Source of the DNA: Eledone cirrhosa | Taxonomy: Eukaryota | NCBI GenBank assembly: GCA_964016885.1 | Contig: OZ024759.1 | Coordinates: forward strand, 3,720,001 to 3,784,000 | Reading direction: 5' to 3' | Length of the DNA stretch: 64,000 nucleotides | In this document: positions 48,101 through 63,100 of the stretch, in pieces | Position numbering within the stretch: the stretch's first letter is position 1 | Layout: every line of letters starts with the position of its first letter | Notes under the pieces: generated by a model | Databases searched by the model: none | The model's input: the letters and a program-made list of their open reading frames with translations, nothing else | Told to the model about the DNA's origin: nothing | Position numbers and translations under genes: made by a program

Positions 48101-51100
48101 TCTACAGTGTCTCTGTGTCTACAATGCCTGTGTCTACAGTGCCTGTGTCAACAGTGCCTGTGTCTACAATGTCTGTGTGTCTACAGTGTCTGTGTGTCTA
48201 CAGTGTCTGTGTGTCTACAGTGTCTGTGTGTCTACAGTGTCTGTGTTTCTACAGTGTCTGTGTGTCTACAGTGACTGTATATACAGTGTCTGTGTGTCTA
48301 CAGTGTCTGTGTGTCTACAGTGTCTACAGTGTCTGTGTGTCTACAATATCTGTGTCTACAGTGTCTGTGTGTCTAAAATGTCTGTGTCTACAGTGACTGT
48401 GTGTCTACAGTGTCTGTGTGTCTACAATGTCTGTGTGTCTACAGTGTCTGTGTGTCTACAGTGTCTCTGTGTCTACAATGCCTGTGTCTACAGTGCCTGT
48501 GTCTACAATGTCTGTGTGTCTACAGTGTCTGTGTGTCTACAGTGTCTATGTCTACAGTGTCTGTGTGTCTACAGTGTCTGTGTCTACAGTGTCTGTGTGT
48601 CTACAGTGTCTGTGTGTCTACAGTGTCTATGTCTACAGTGTCTGTGTGTCTACAGTGTCTATGTCTACAGTGTCTGTGTGTCTACAGTGACTGTATATAC
48701 AGTGTCTGTGTGTCTACAGTGTTTGTGTGTCTACAGTGTCTGTTTGTCTACAATGCCTGTGTCTACAGTGTATGTGTGTCTACAGTGTCTGTGTCTACTG
48801 TGTCTACAATGTCTGAGTCTACAATGTCTGTGTGTCTACAGTGTCTGTGTGTGTACAGTGTCTGTGTCTACAGTGTCTGTGTCTACAGTGTCTGAGTCTA
48901 CAATGCCTGTGTGTCTACAATGCCTGTGTCTACAGTGTCGGGGTGTCTGTGTCTACAGTGTCTGTGTCTACAATACCTGTGTCTAGAGTGTCTGTGTGTC
49001 TACAGTGTCTGAGTCTACAATGTCTGTGTGTCTACAATGCCTGTGTCTACAGTGTCCGTGTGTCTGTGTCTACAGTGTCTGTGACTACAAAGCCTGTGTC
49101 TACAGTGTCTGTGTGTCTACAGTGTCTGTGTCTACAGTGTCTGAGTCTACAATGTCTGTGTGTCTACAGTGTCTGTGTCTACAGTGTCTGTGTGTCTACA
49201 GTGTCTGTGTGTCTACAATGTCTGTGTGTCTACAGTGTCTGTGTGTCTACAGTGTCTGTGTGTCTACAGTGACTGTGTGTCTACAGTGTCTGTGTGTCTA
49301 CAATGTTTGTGTGTCTACAGTGTCTCTGTGTCTACAATGCCTGTGTCTACAGTGCCTGTGTCAACAGTGCCTGTGTCTACAATGTCTGTGTGTCTACAGT
49401 GTCTGTGTGTCTACAGTGTCTGTGTGTCTACAGTGTCTGTGTCTACAGTGTCTGTGTGTCTACAATGTCTTTGTGTCTACAATGTCTGTGTGTCTACAGT
49501 GTCTGTGTCTACAGTGTCTGTGTGTCTACAGTGTCTGTGTCTACAGTGTCTGTGTGTCTACAGTGTTTGTGTCTACAGTGTCTGTGTGTCTACAGTGTCT
49601 GTGTCTACAGTGTCTGTGTGTCTACAGTGTCTGTGTGTCTACACTGTCTGTGTGTCTACAATGTCTGTGTGTCTACAGTGTCTGTGTGTCTACAGTGTCT
49701 GTGTGTCTACAGTGTCTGTGTGTCTACAGTGACTGTGTATCTACAGTGTCTGTGTGTCTACAATGCCTGTGTCTCTACATTGTCTGTGTCTACAGTGTCT
49801 GTGTGTCTACAATGTCTGTGTGTCTACAGTGTCTGTGTGTCTACAGTGTCTGTGTGTCTACAATGTCTGTGTCTCTACATTGTCTGTGTCTCTACAGTGT
49901 CTCTGTCTACAGTGTCTGTGTGTCTACAATGTCTGTGTGTCTACAATGTCTGTGTGTCTACAATGTCTGTGTGTCTACAATGTCTGTGTGTCTACAATGT
50001 CTGTGTGTCTACAGTGTCTGTGTGTCTACAGTGTCTGTGTGTCTACAGTGTCTGTGTTTCTACAGTGTCTGTGTGTCTACAGTGTCTGTGTGTGTACAGT
50101 GTCTGTGTCTACTGTGTCTACAGTGTCTGTGTCTACAGTGTCTGAGTCTACAATGTCTGTGTGTCTACAGTGTCTGTGTGTGTACAGTGTCTGTGTCTAC
50201 AGTGTCTGAGTCTACAATGTCTGTGTGTCTACAATGCCTGTGTCTACAGTGTCCGTGTGTCTGTGTCTACAGTGTCTGTGTCTACAATACCTGTGTCTAC
50301 AGTGTCTGTGTGTCTACAGTCTCTGAGTCTACAATGTCTGTGTGTCTACAATGCCTGTGTCTACAGTGTCCGTGTGTCTGTGTCTACAGTGTCTGTGAAT
50401 ACAATGCCTGTGTCTACAGTGTCTGTGTGTCTGTGTCTACAGTGTCTGTGTCTACAGTGTCTGAGTCTACAATGTCTGTGTGTCTACAGTGTCTGTGTCT
50501 ACAATGTCTGTGTCTACAGTGTCCGTGTGTCTGTCTACAGTGTCTGTGTGTCTACAGTGTCTGTGTCTACAGTGACTGTGTGTCTACAGTGTCTGTGTGT
50601 CTACAATATGTGTCTACAGTGTCTGTGTCTACAGTGTCTGTGTGTCTACACTGTCTGTCTGTCTACAGTGTTTGTGTATCTACAGTGTCTGTGTGTCTAC
50701 AATGTATGTGTGTCTACAGTGTCTGTGTGTCTACGTCTGTGTGTCTACAGTGTCTGTGTGTCTACAGTGTATGTGTCTCTACATTGTCTGTGTGTCTACA
50801 GTGTCTGTGTCTACAGTGTCTGTGTGTCTACAGTGTCTGTGTGTCTACAGTGTCTGTGTGTCTACAGTGTCTGTGTGTCTACAGTGTCTGTGTCTACAGT
50901 GTCTGTCTGTCTACAGTGTCTGTGTCTACAGTGTCTGTGTGTCTACAATGTCTGTGTGTCTACAATGTCTGTGTGTCTACAGTGTCTGTGTCTACAGTGT
51001 CTGTGTGTCTACAGTGTCTGTGTCTACAGTGTCTGTGTGTCCACAGTGTCTGTGTCTACAGTGTCTGTGTGTCTACAGTGTCTGTGTCTACAGTGTCTGT

Positions 51101-54100
51101 GTGTCTACAGTGTCTGTGTCTACAGTGTCTGTGTGTCTACAGTGTCTGTGTGTCTACAATGTCTGTGTGTCTACAATGTCTGTGTGTCTACAATGTCTGT
51201 GTGTCTACAGTGTCTGTGTGTCTACAGTGTCTGTGTATCTACAGTGTCTGTGTGTCTACAGTGACTGTGTGTCTACAATGTCTGTGTGTCTACAATGTCT
51301 GTGTCTACAGTGTCTGTGTATCTACAGTGTCTGTGTGTCTACAATGCCTGTGTCTCTACATTGTCTGTGTCTACAGTGTCTGTGTGTCTACAATGTCTGT
51401 GTGTCTACAATGTCTGTGTCTCTACAGTGTCTGTGTGTCTACAATGTCTGTGTGTTTACAATGTCTGTGTCTACAGTGTCTGTGTGTCTACAGTGTCTGT
51501 GTGTCTACAATATCTGTGTGTCTACAATATCTGTGTGTCTACAGTGTCTGTATCTACAGTGTCTGTGTGTCTACAATATCTGTGTGTCTACAATGTCTGT
51601 GTGTCTACAGTGTTTGTGTGTCTACAGTGTCTCTGTGTCTACAATGCCTGTGTCTACAGTGCCTGTGTCTACAATGTCTGTGTCTACAATGTCTGTGTGT
51701 CTACAGTGTCTGTGTGTCTACAGTGTCTATGTCTAGTGTCTGTGTGTCTACAGTGTCTGTGTCTACAGTGTCTGTGTGTCTACAGTGTCTGTGTGTCTAC
51801 AATGTCTGTGTGTCTACAATGTCTGTGTGTCTACAGTGTCTGTGTGTCTACAGTGTCTGTGTGTCTACAGTGTCTGTGTGTCTACAGTGACTGTATATAC
51901 AGTGTCTGTGTGTCTACAGTGTCTGTGTGTCTACAGTGTCTGTGTGTCTACAGTGTATGTGTGTCTACAGTGTCTGTGTCTACTGTGTCTACAGTGTCTG
52001 TGTCTACAGTGTCTGAGTCTACAATGTCTGTGTGTCTACAGTGTCTGTGTGTGTACAGTGTCTGTGTCTACAGTGTCTGTGTCTACAGTGTCTGAGTCTA
52101 CAATGTCTGTGTGTCTACAATGCCTGTGTCTACAGTGTCTGTGTGTCTGTGTCTACAGTGTCTGTGACTACAAAGCCTGTGTCTACAGTGTCTGTGTGTC
52201 TACAGTGTCTGTGTCTACAGTGTCTGTGTCTGCAGTGTCTGAGTCTACAATGTCTGTGTGTCTACAGTGTCTGTGTCTACAGTGTCTGTGTGTCTACAGT
52301 GTCTGTGTGTCTACAATGTCTGTGTGTCTACAGTGTCTGTGTGTCTACAGTGTCGGTGTGTCTACAGTGTCTGTGTGTCTACAGTGTATGTGTCTACAGT
52401 GACTGTGTGTCTACAGTGTCTGTGTGTCTACAATGTTTGTGTGTCTACAGTGTCTCTGTGTCTACAATGCCTGTGTCTACAGTGCCTGTGTCAACAGTGC
52501 CTGTGTCTACAATGTCTGTGTGTCTACAGTGTCTGTGTGTCTACAGTGTCTGTGTGTCTACAGTGTCTGTGTGTCTACAGTGTCTGTGTTTCTACAGTGT
52601 CTGTGTGTCTACAGTGACTGTATATACAGTGTCTGTGTGTCTACAGTGTCTGTGTGTCTACAGTGTCTACGGTGTCTGTGTGTCTACAATATCTGTGTCT
52701 ACAGTGTCTGTGTGTCTAAAATGTCTGTGTCTACAGTGACTGTGTGTCTACAGTGTCTGTGTGTCTACAATGTCTGTGTGTCTACAGTGTCTGTGTGTCT
52801 ACAGTGTCTCTGTGTCTACAATGCCTGTGTCTACAGTGCCTGTGTCTACAATGTCTGTGTGTCTACAGTGTCTGTGTGTCTACAGTGTCTATGTCTACAG
52901 TGTCTGTGTGTCTACAGTGTCTGTGTCTACAGTGTCTGTGTGTCTACAGTGTCTATGTCTACAGTGTCTGTGTGTCTACAGTGTCTATGTCTACAGTGTC
53001 TGTGTGTCTACAGTGACTGTATATACAGTGTCTGTGTGTCTACAGTGTTTGTGTGTCTACAGTGTCTGTTTGTCTACAATGCCTGTGTCTACAGTGTATG
53101 TGTGTCTACAGTGTCTGTGTCTACTGTGTCTACAATGTCTGAGTCTACAATGTCTGTGTGTCTACAGTGTCTGTGTGTGTACAGTGTCTGTGTCTACAGT
53201 GTCTGAGTCTACAATGCCTGTGTGTCTACAATGCCTGTGTCTACAGTGTCCGTGTGTCTGTGTCTACAGTGTCTGTGTCTACAATACCTGTGTCTAGAGT
53301 GTCTGTGTGTCTACAGTGTCTGAGTCTACAATGTCTGTGTGTCTACAATGCCTGTGTCTACAGTGTCCGTGTGTCTGTGTCTACAGTGTCTGTGACTACA
53401 AAGCCTGTGTCTACAGTGTCTGTGTGTCTACAGTGTCTGTGTCTACAGTGTCTGAGTCTACAATGTCTGTGTGTCTACAGTGTCTGTGTCTACAGTGTCT
53501 GTGTGTCTACAGTGTCTGTGTGTCTACAATGTCTGTGTGTCTACAGTGTCTGTGTGTCTACAGTGTCTGTGTGTCTACAGTGTATGTGTCTACAGTGACT
53601 GTGTGTCTACAGTGTCTGTGTGTCTACAATGTTTGTGTGTCTACAGTGTCTCTGTGTCTACAATGCCTGTGTCTACAGTGCCTGTGTCAACAGTGCCTGT
53701 GTCTACAATGTCTGTGTGTCTACAGTGTCTGTGTGTCTACAGTGTCTGTGTCTACAGTGTCTGTGTGTCTACAATGTCTTTGTGTCTACAATGTCTGTGT
53801 GTCTACAGTGTCTGTGTCTACAGTGTCTGTGTGTCTACAGTGTCTGTGTCTACAGTGTCTGTGTGTCTACAGTGTCTGTGTGTCTACAGTGTCTGTGTCT
53901 ACAGTGTCTGTGTGTCTACAGTGTCTGTGTCTACAGTGTCTGTGTGTCTACAGTGTCTGTGTGTCTACAATGTCTGTGTGTCTACAATGTCTGTGTGTCT
54001 ACAGTGTCTGTGTGTCTACAGTGTCTGTGTGTCTACAGTGTCTGTGTGTCTACAGTGACTGTGTATCTACAGTGTCTGTGTGTCTACAATGCCTGTGTCT

Positions 54101-57100
54101 CTACATTGTCTGTGTCTACAGTGTCTGTGTGTCTACAATGTCTGTGTGTCTACAGTGTCTGTGTGTCTACAGTGTCTGTGTGTCTACAATGTCTGTGTCT
54201 CTACATTGTCTGTGTCTCTACAGTGTATCTGTCTACAGTGTCTGTGTGTCTACAATGTCTGTGTGTCTACAATGTCTGTGTGTCTACAATGTCTGTGTGT
54301 CTACAATGTCTGTGTGTCTACAATGTCTGCGTGTCTACAGTGTCTCTGTGTCTACAGTGTCTGTGTGTCTACAGTGTCTGTGTTTCTACAGTGTCTGTGT
54401 GTCTACAGTGTCTGTGTGTGTACAGTGTCTGTGTCTACTGTGTCTACAGTGTCTGTGTCTACAGTGTCTGAGTCTACAATGTCTGTGTGTCTACAGTGTC
54501 TGTGTGTGTACAGTGTCTGTGTCTACAGTGTCTGAGTCTACAATGTCTGTGTGTCTACAATGCCTGTGTCTACAGTGTCCGTGTGTCTGTGTCTACAGTG
54601 TCTGTGTCTACAATACCTGTGTCTACAGTCTCTGAGTCTACAATGTCTGTGTGTCTACAATGCCTGTGTCTACAGTGTCCGTGTGTCTGTGTCTACAGTG
54701 TCTGTGAATACAATGCCTGTGTCTACAGTGTCTGTGTGTCTGTGTCTACAGGGTCTGTGTCTACAGTGTCTGAGTCTACAATGTCTGTGTGTCTACAGTG
54801 TCTGTGTCTACAATGTCTGTGTCTACAGTGTCCGTGTGTCTGTCTACAGTGTCTGTGTGTCTACAGTGTCTGTGTCTACAGTGACTGTGTGTCTACAGTG
54901 TCTGTGTGTCTACAATATGTGTCTACAGTGTCTGTGTCTACAGTGTCTGTGTGTCTACACTGTCTGTCTGTCTACAGTGTTTGTGTATCTACAGTGTCTG
55001 TGTGTCTACAATGTATGTGTGTCTACAGTGTCTGTGTGTCTACGTCTGTGTGTCTACAGTGTCTGTGTGTCTACAGTGTATGTGTCTCTACATTGTCTGT
55101 GTGTCTACAGTGTCTGTGTCTACAGTGTCTGTGTGTCTACAGTGTCTGTGTGTCTACAGTGTCTGTGTGTCTACAGTGTCTGTGTCTACAGTGTCTGTCT
55201 GTCTACAGTGTCTGTGTCTACAGTGTCTGTGTGTCTACAATGTCTGTGTGTCTACAATGTCTGTGTGTCTACAGTGTCTGTGTCTACAGTGTCTGTGTGT
55301 CTACAGTGTCTGTGTCTACAGTGTCTGTGTGTCCACAGTGTCTGTGTCTACAGTGTCTGTGTGTCTACAGTGTCTGTGTCTACAGTGTCTGTGTGTCTAC
55401 AGTGTCTGTGTCTACAGTGTCTGTGTGTCTACAGTGTCTGTGTGTCTACAATGTCTGTGTGTCTACAATGTCTGTGTGTCTACAGTGTCTGTGTGTCTAC
55501 AGTGTCTGTGTATCTACAGTGTCTGTGTGTCTACAGTGACTGTGTGTCTACAATGTCTGTGTGTCTACAATGTCTGTGTCTACAGTGTCTGTGTATCTAC
55601 AGTGTCTGTGTGTCTACAATGCCTGTGTCTCTACATTGTCTGTGTCTACAGTGTCTGTGTGTCTACAATGTCTGTGTGTCTACAATGTCTGTGTCTCTAC
55701 AGTGTCTGTGTGTCTACAATGTCTGTGTGTTTACAATGTCTGTGTCTACAGTGTCTGTGTGTCTACAGTGTCTGTGTGTCTACAATATCTGTGTGTCTAC
55801 AATATCTGTGTGTCTACAGTGTCTGTATCTACAGTGTCTGTGTCTCTACAGTGTCTGTGTCTACAATGTCTGTGTGTCTAAGGTGTCTGTGTGTCTACAG
55901 TGTCTGTGTGTCTACAATGTCTGTGTGTCTACAGTGACTGTGTGTCTACAGTGTCTGTGTGTCTAAAATGTCTGTGTCTACAGTTTCTGTGTGTCTACAG
56001 TGTCTGTGTGTCTACAATGTCTGTGTCTACAGTGTCTGTGTCTACAGTGTCTGTGTGTCTAAAATGTCTGTGTCTACAGTGACTGTGTGTCTACAGTGTC
56101 TACAATATTTGTGTGTCTACAGTGTCTCTGTGTCTACAATGCCTGTGTCTACAGTGCCTGTGTCTACAATGACTGTGTGTCTACAGTGTCTGTGTGTCTA
56201 CAGTGTCTGTGTCTACAGTGTCTGTGTGTCTACAGTGTCTGTGTGTCTACAGTGTCTGTGTGTCTACAGTGTCTCTGTGTCTACAATGCCTGTGTCTACA
56301 GTGCCTGTGTCTACAATGTCTGTGTGTCTACAGTGTCTGTGTCTACAGTGTCTGTGTGTCTACAGTGTCTGTGTGTCTACAATGTCTGTGTGTCTACAAT
56401 GTCTGTGTGTCTACAATGTCTGTGTGTCTACAATGTCTGTGTGTCTACAATGTCTGTGTGTCTACAGTGTCTGTGTGTCTACAGTGTCTGTGTGTCTACA
56501 GTGACTGTATATACAGTGTCTGTGTGTCTACAGTGTCTGTGTGTCTACAGTGTCTGTGTGTCTACAATGTCTGTGTCTACAGTGTCTGTGTGTCTAAAAT
56601 GTCTGTGTCTACAGTTACTGTGTGTCTACAGTGTCTGTGTGTCTACAATGTCTGTGTGTCTACAGTGTCTGTGTGTCTACAGTGTCTGTGTGTCTACAAT
56701 GTCTGTGTGTCTACAATGTCTGTGTGTCTACAATGTCTGTGTGTCTACAGTGTCTGTGTGTCTACAGTGTCTGTGTGTCTACAGTGTCTGTGTGTCTACA
56801 GTGACTGTATATACAGTGTCTGTGTGTCTACAGTGTCTGTGTGTCTACAGTGTCTGTGTGTCTACAATGCCTGTGTCTACAGTGTATGTGTGTCTACAGT
56901 GTCTGTGTCTACAGTGTCTGAGTCTACAATGTCTGTGTGTCTACAGTGTCTGTGTGTGTACAGTGTCTGTGTCTACAGTGTCTGTGTCTACAGTGTCTGA
57001 GTCTACAATGTCTGTGTGTCTACAATGCCTGTGTCTACAGTGTCTGTGTGTCTGTGTCTACAGTGTCTGTGACTACAAAGCCTGTGTCTACAGTGTCTGT

Positions 57101-60100
57101 GTGTCTACAGTTTCTGTGTCTACAGTGTCTGTGTCTGCAGTGTCTGAGTCTACAATGTCTGTGTGTCTACAGTGTCTGTGTCTACAGTGTCTGTGTGTCT
57201 ACAGTGTCTGTGTGTCTACAATGTCTGTGTGTCTACAGTGTCTGTGTGTCTACAATGTCGGTGTGTCTACAGTGTCTGTGTGTCTACAGTGTATGTGTCT
57301 ACAGTGACTGTGTGTCTACAGTGTCTGTGTGTCTACAATGTTTGTGTGTCTACAGTGTCTCTGTGTCTACAATGCCTGTGTCTACAGTGCCTGTGTCAAC
57401 AGTGCCTGTGTCTACAATGTCTGTGTGTCTACAGTGTCTGTGTGTCTACAGTGTCTGTGTGTCTACAGTGTCTGTGTGTCTACAGTGTCTGTGTTTCTAC
57501 AGTGTCTGTGTGTCTACAGTGACTGTATATACAGTGTCTGTGTGTCTACAGTGTCTGTGTGTCTACAGTGTCTGTGTGTCTACAGTGTCTACAGTGTCTG
57601 TGTGTCTACAATATCTGTGTCTACAGTGTCTGTGTGTCTAAAATGTCTGTGTCTACAGTGACTGTGTGTCTACAGTGTCTGTGTGTCTACAATGTCTGTG
57701 TGTCTACAGTGTCTGTGTGTCTACAGTGTCTCTGTGTCTACAATGCCTGTGTCTACAGTGCCTGTGTCTACAATGTCTGTGTGTCTACAGTGTCTGTGTG
57801 TCTACAGTGTCTATGCCTAAGTGTCTGTGTGTCTACAGTGTCTGTGTCTACAGTGTCTGTGTGTCTACAGTGTCTGTGTGTCTACAATGTCTGTGTGTCT
57901 ACAATGTCTGTGTGTCTACAGTGTCTGTGTGTCTACAGTGACTGTATATACAGTGTCTGTGTGTCTACAGTGTCTGTGTGTCTACAGTGTCTGTGTGTCT
58001 ACAATGCCTGTGTCTACAGTGTATGTGTGTCTACAGTGTCTGTGTCTACTGTGTCTACAGTGTCTGTGTCTACAGTGTCTGAGTCTACAATGTCTGTGTG
58101 TCTACAGTGTTTGTGTGTGTACAGTGTCTGTGTCTACAGTGTCTGTGTCTACAGTGTCTGAGTCTACAATGTCTGTGTGTCTACAATGCCTGTGTCTACA
58201 GTGTCTGTGTGTCTGTGTCTACAGTGTCTGTGACTACAAAGCCTGTGTCTACAGTGTCTGTGTGTCTACAGTGTCTGTGTCTACAGTGTCTGTGTCTGCA
58301 GTGTCTGAGTCTACAATGTCTGTGTGTCTACAGTGTCTGTGTCTACAGTGTCTGTGTGTCTACAGTGTCTGTGTGTCTACAATGTCTGTGTGTCTACAGT
58401 GTCTGTGTGTCTACAGTGTCGGTGTGTCTACAGTGTCTGTGTGTCTACAGTGTATGTGTCTACAGTGACTGTGTGTCTACAGTGTCTGTGTGTCTACAAT
58501 GTTTCTGTGTCTACAGTGTCTCTGTGTCTACAATGCCTGTGTCTACAGTGCCTGTGTCAACAGTGCCTGTGTCTACAATGTCTGTGTGTCTACAGTGTCT
58601 GTGTGTCTACAGTGTCTGTGTGTCTACAGTGTCTGTGTGTCTACAGTGTCTGTGTTTCTACAGTGTCTGTGTGTCTACAGTGACTGTATATACAGTGTCT
58701 GTGTGTCTACAGTGTCTGTGTGTCTACAGTGTCTACAGTGTCTGTGTGTCTACAATATCTGTGTCTACAGTGTCTGTGTGTCTAAAATGTCTGTGTCTAC
58801 AGTGACTGTGTGTCTACAGTGTCTGTGTGTCTACAATGTCTGTGTGTCTACAGTGTCTGTGTGTCTACAGTGTCTCTGTGTCTACAATGCCTGTGTCTAC
58901 AGTGCCTGTGTCTACAATGTCTGTGTGTCTACAGTGTCTGTGTGTCTACAGTGTCTATGTCTACAGTGTCTGTGTGTCTACAGTGTCTGTGTCTACAGTG
59001 TCTGTGTGTCTACAGTGTCTGTGTGTCTACAGTGTCTATGTCTACAGTGTCTGTGTGTCTACAGTGTCTATGTCTACAGTGTCTGTGTGTCTACAGTGAC
59101 TGTATATACAGTGTCTGTGTGTCTACAGTGTTTGTGTGTCTACAGTGTCTGTTTGTCTACAATGCCTGTGTCTACAGTGTATGTGTGTCTACAGTGTCTG
59201 TGTCTACTGTGTCTACAATGTCTGAGTCTACAATGTCTGTGTGTCTACAGTGTCTGTGTGTGTACAGTGTCTGTGTCTACAGTGTCTGTGTCTACAGTGT
59301 CTGAGTCTACAATGCCTGTGTGTCTACAATGCCTGTGTCTACAGTGTCGGGGTGTCTGTGTCTACAGTGTCTGTGTCTACAATACCTGTGTCTAGAGTGT
59401 CTGTGTGTCTACAGTGTCTGAGTCTACAATGTCTGTGTGTCTACAATGCCTGTGTCTACAGTGTCCGTGTGTCTGTGTCTACAGTGTCTGTGACTACAAA
59501 GCCTGTGTCTACAGTGTCTGTGTGTCTACAGTGTCTGTGTCTACAGTGTCTGAGTCTACAATGTCTGTGTGTCTACAGTGTCTGTGTCTACAGTGTCTGT
59601 GTGTCTACAGTGTCTGTGTGTCTACAATGTCTGTGTGTCTACAGTGTCTGTGTGTCTACAGTGTCTGTGTGTCTACAGTGTATGTGTCTACAGTGACTGT
59701 GTGTCTACAGTGTCTGTGTGTCTACAATGTTTGTGTGTCTACAGTGTCTCTGTGTCTACAATGCCTGTGTCTACAGTGCCTGTGTCAACAGTGCCTGTGT
59801 CTACAATGTCTGTGTGTCTACAGTGTCTGTGTGTCTACAGTGTCTGTGTGTCTACAGTGTCTGTGTCTACAGTGTCTGTGTGTCTACAATGTCTTTGTGT
59901 CTACAATGTCTGTGTGTCTACAGTGTCTGTGTCTACAGTGTCTGTGTGTCTACAGTGTCTGTGTCTACAGTGTCTGTGTGTCTACAGTGTCTGTGTGTCT
60001 ACAGTGTTTGTGTCTACAGTGTCTGTGTGTCTACAGTGTCTGTGTCTACAGTGTCTGTGTGTCTACAGTGTCTGTGTGTCTACACTGTCTGTGTGTCTAC

Positions 60101-63100
60101 AATGTCTGTGTGTCTACAGTGTCTGTGTGTCTACAGTGTCTGTGTGTCTACAGTGTCTGTGTGTCTACAGTGACTGTGTATCTACAGTGTCTGTGTGTCT
60201 ACAATGCCTGTGTCTCTACATTGTCTGTGTCTACAGTGTCTGTGTGTCTACAATGTCTGTGTGTCTACAGTGTCTGTGTGTCTACAGTGTCTGTGTGTCT
60301 ACAATGTCTGTGTCTCTACAGTGTCTCTGTCTACAGTGTCTGTGTGTCTACAATGTCTGTGTGTCTACAATGTCTGTGTGTCTACAATGTCTGTGTGTCT
60401 ACAATGTCTGTGTGTCTACAATGTCTGTGTGTCTACAGTGTCTGTGTGTCTACAGTGTCTGTGTGTCTACAGTGTCTGTGTTTCTACAGTGTCTGTGTGT
60501 CTACAGTGTCTGTGTGTGTACAGTGTCTGTGTCTACTGTGTCTACAGTGTCTGTGTCTACAGTGTCTGAGTCTACAATGTCTGTGTGTCTACAGTGTCTG
60601 TGTGTGTACAGTGTCTGTGTCTACAGTGTCTGAGTCTACAATGTCTGTGTGTCTACAATGCCTGTGTCTACAGTGTCCGTGTGTCTGTGTCTACAGTGTC
60701 TGTGTCTACAATACCTGTGTCTACAGTGTCTGTGTGTCTACAGTCTCTGAGTCTACAATGTCTGTGTGTCTACAATGCCTGTGTCTACAGTGTCCGTGTG
60801 TCTGTGTCTACAGTGTCTGTGAATACAATGCCTGTGTCTACAGTGTCTGTGTGTCTGTGTCTACAGTGTCTGTGTCTACAGTGTCTGAGTCTACAATGTC
60901 TGTGTGTCTACAGTGTCTGTGTCTACAATGTCTGTGTCTACAGTGTCCGTGTGTCTGTCTACAGTGTCTGTGTGTCTACAGTGTCTGTGTCTACAATGAC
61001 TGTGTGTCTACAGTGTCTGTGTGTCTACAATATGTGTCTACAGTGTCTGTGTCTACAGTGTCTGTGTGTCTACACTGTCTGTCTGTCTACAGTGTTTGTG
61101 TATCTACAGTGTCTGTGTGTCTACAATGTATGTGTGTCTACAGTGTCTGTGTGTCTACGTCTGTGTGTCTACAGTGTCTGTGTGTCTACAGTGTATGTGT
61201 CTCTACATTGTCTGTGTGTCTACAGTGTCTGTGTCTACAGTGTCTGTGTGTCTACAGTGTCTGTGTGTCTACAGTGTCTGTGTGTCTACAGTGTCTGTGT
61301 GTCTACAGTGTCTGTGTCTACAGTGTCTGTCTGTCTACAGTGTCTGTGTCTACAGTGTCTGTGTGTCTACAATGTCTGTGTGTCTACAATGTCTGTGTGT
61401 CTACAGTGTCTGTGTCTACAGTGTCTGTGTGTCTACAGTGTCTGTGTCTACAGTGTCTGTGTGTCCACAGTGTCTGTGTCTACAGTGTCTGTGTGTCTAC
61501 AGTGTCTGTGTCTACAGTGTCTGTGTGTCTACAGTGTCTGTGTCTACAGTGTCTGTGTGTCTACAGTGTCTGTGTGTCTACAATGTCTGTGTGTCTACAA
61601 TGTCTGTGTGTCTACAATGTCTGTGTGTCTACAGTGTCTGTGTGTCTAGAGTGTCTGTGTATCTACAGTGTCTGTGTGTCTACAGTGACTGTGTGTCTAC
61701 AATGTCTGTGTGTCTACAATGTCAGTGTCTACAGTGTCTGTGTATCTACAGTGTCTGTGTGTCTACAATGCCTGTGTCTCTACATTGTCTGTGTCTACAG
61801 TGTCTGTGTGTCTACAATGTCTGTGTGTCTACAATGTCTGTGTCTCTACAGTGTCTGTGTGTCTACAATGTCTGTGTGTTTACAATGTCTGTGTCTACAG
61901 TGTCTGTGTGTCTACAGTGTCTGTGTGTCTACAATATCTGTGTGTCTACAATATCTGTGTGTCTACAGTGTCTGTATCTACAGTGTCTGTGTCTACAATG
62001 TCTGTGTGTCTAAGGTGTCTGTGTGTCTACAGTGTCTGTGTGTCTACAATGTCTGTGTGTCTACAGTGACTGTGTGTCTACAGTGTCTGTGTGTCTAAAA
62101 TGTCTGTGTCTACAGTTTCTGTGTGTCTACAGTGTCTGTGTGTCTACAATGTCTGTGTGTCTACAGTGTCTGTGTCTACAGTGTCTGTGTCTACAGTGTC
62201 TGTGTGTCTAAAATGTCTGTGTCTACAGTGACTATGTGTCTACAGTGTCTACAATGTTTGTGTGTCTACAGTGTCTCTGTGTCTACAATGCCTGTGTCTA
62301 CAGTGCCTGTGTCTACAATGACTGTGTGTCTACAGTGTCTGTGTGTCTACAGTGTCTGTGTCTACAGTGTCTGTGTGTCTACAGTGTCTGTGTGTCTACA
62401 GTGTCTGTGTGTCTACAATGTCTGTGTGTCTACAGTGTCTGTGTGTCTACAGTGTCTCTGTGTCTACAATGCCTGTGTCTACAGTGCCTGTGTCTACAAT
62501 GTCTGTGTGTCTACAGTGTCTGTGTCTACAGTGTCTGTGTGTCTACAGTGTCTGTGTGTCTACAATGTCTGTGTGTCTACAATGTCTGTGTGTCTACAAT
62601 GTCTGTGTGTCTACAATGTCTGTGTGTCTACAATGTCTGTGTGTCTACAATGTCTGTGTGTCTACAGTGTCTGTGTGTCTACAGTGTCTGTGTGTCTACA
62701 GTGACTGTATATACAGTGTCTGTGTGTCTACAGTGTCTGTGTGTCTACAATGTCTGTGTCTACAGTGTCTGTGTGTCTAAAATGTCTGTGTCTACAGTTA
62801 CTGTGTGTCTACAGTGTCTGTGTGTCTACAATGTCTGTGTGTCTGTGTGTCTACAGTGTCTGTGTGTCTACAATGTCTGTGTGTCTACAATGTCTGTGTG
62901 TCTACAGTGTCTGTGTGTCTACAGTGTCTGTGTGTCTACAGTGTCTGTGTGTCTACAGTGACTGTATATACAGTGTCTGTGTGTCTACAGTGTCTGTGTG
63001 TCTACAGTGTCTGTGTGTCTACAATGCCTGTGTCTACAGTGTATGTGTGTCTACAGTGTCTGTGTCTACTGTGTCTACAGTGTCTGTGTCTACAGTGTCT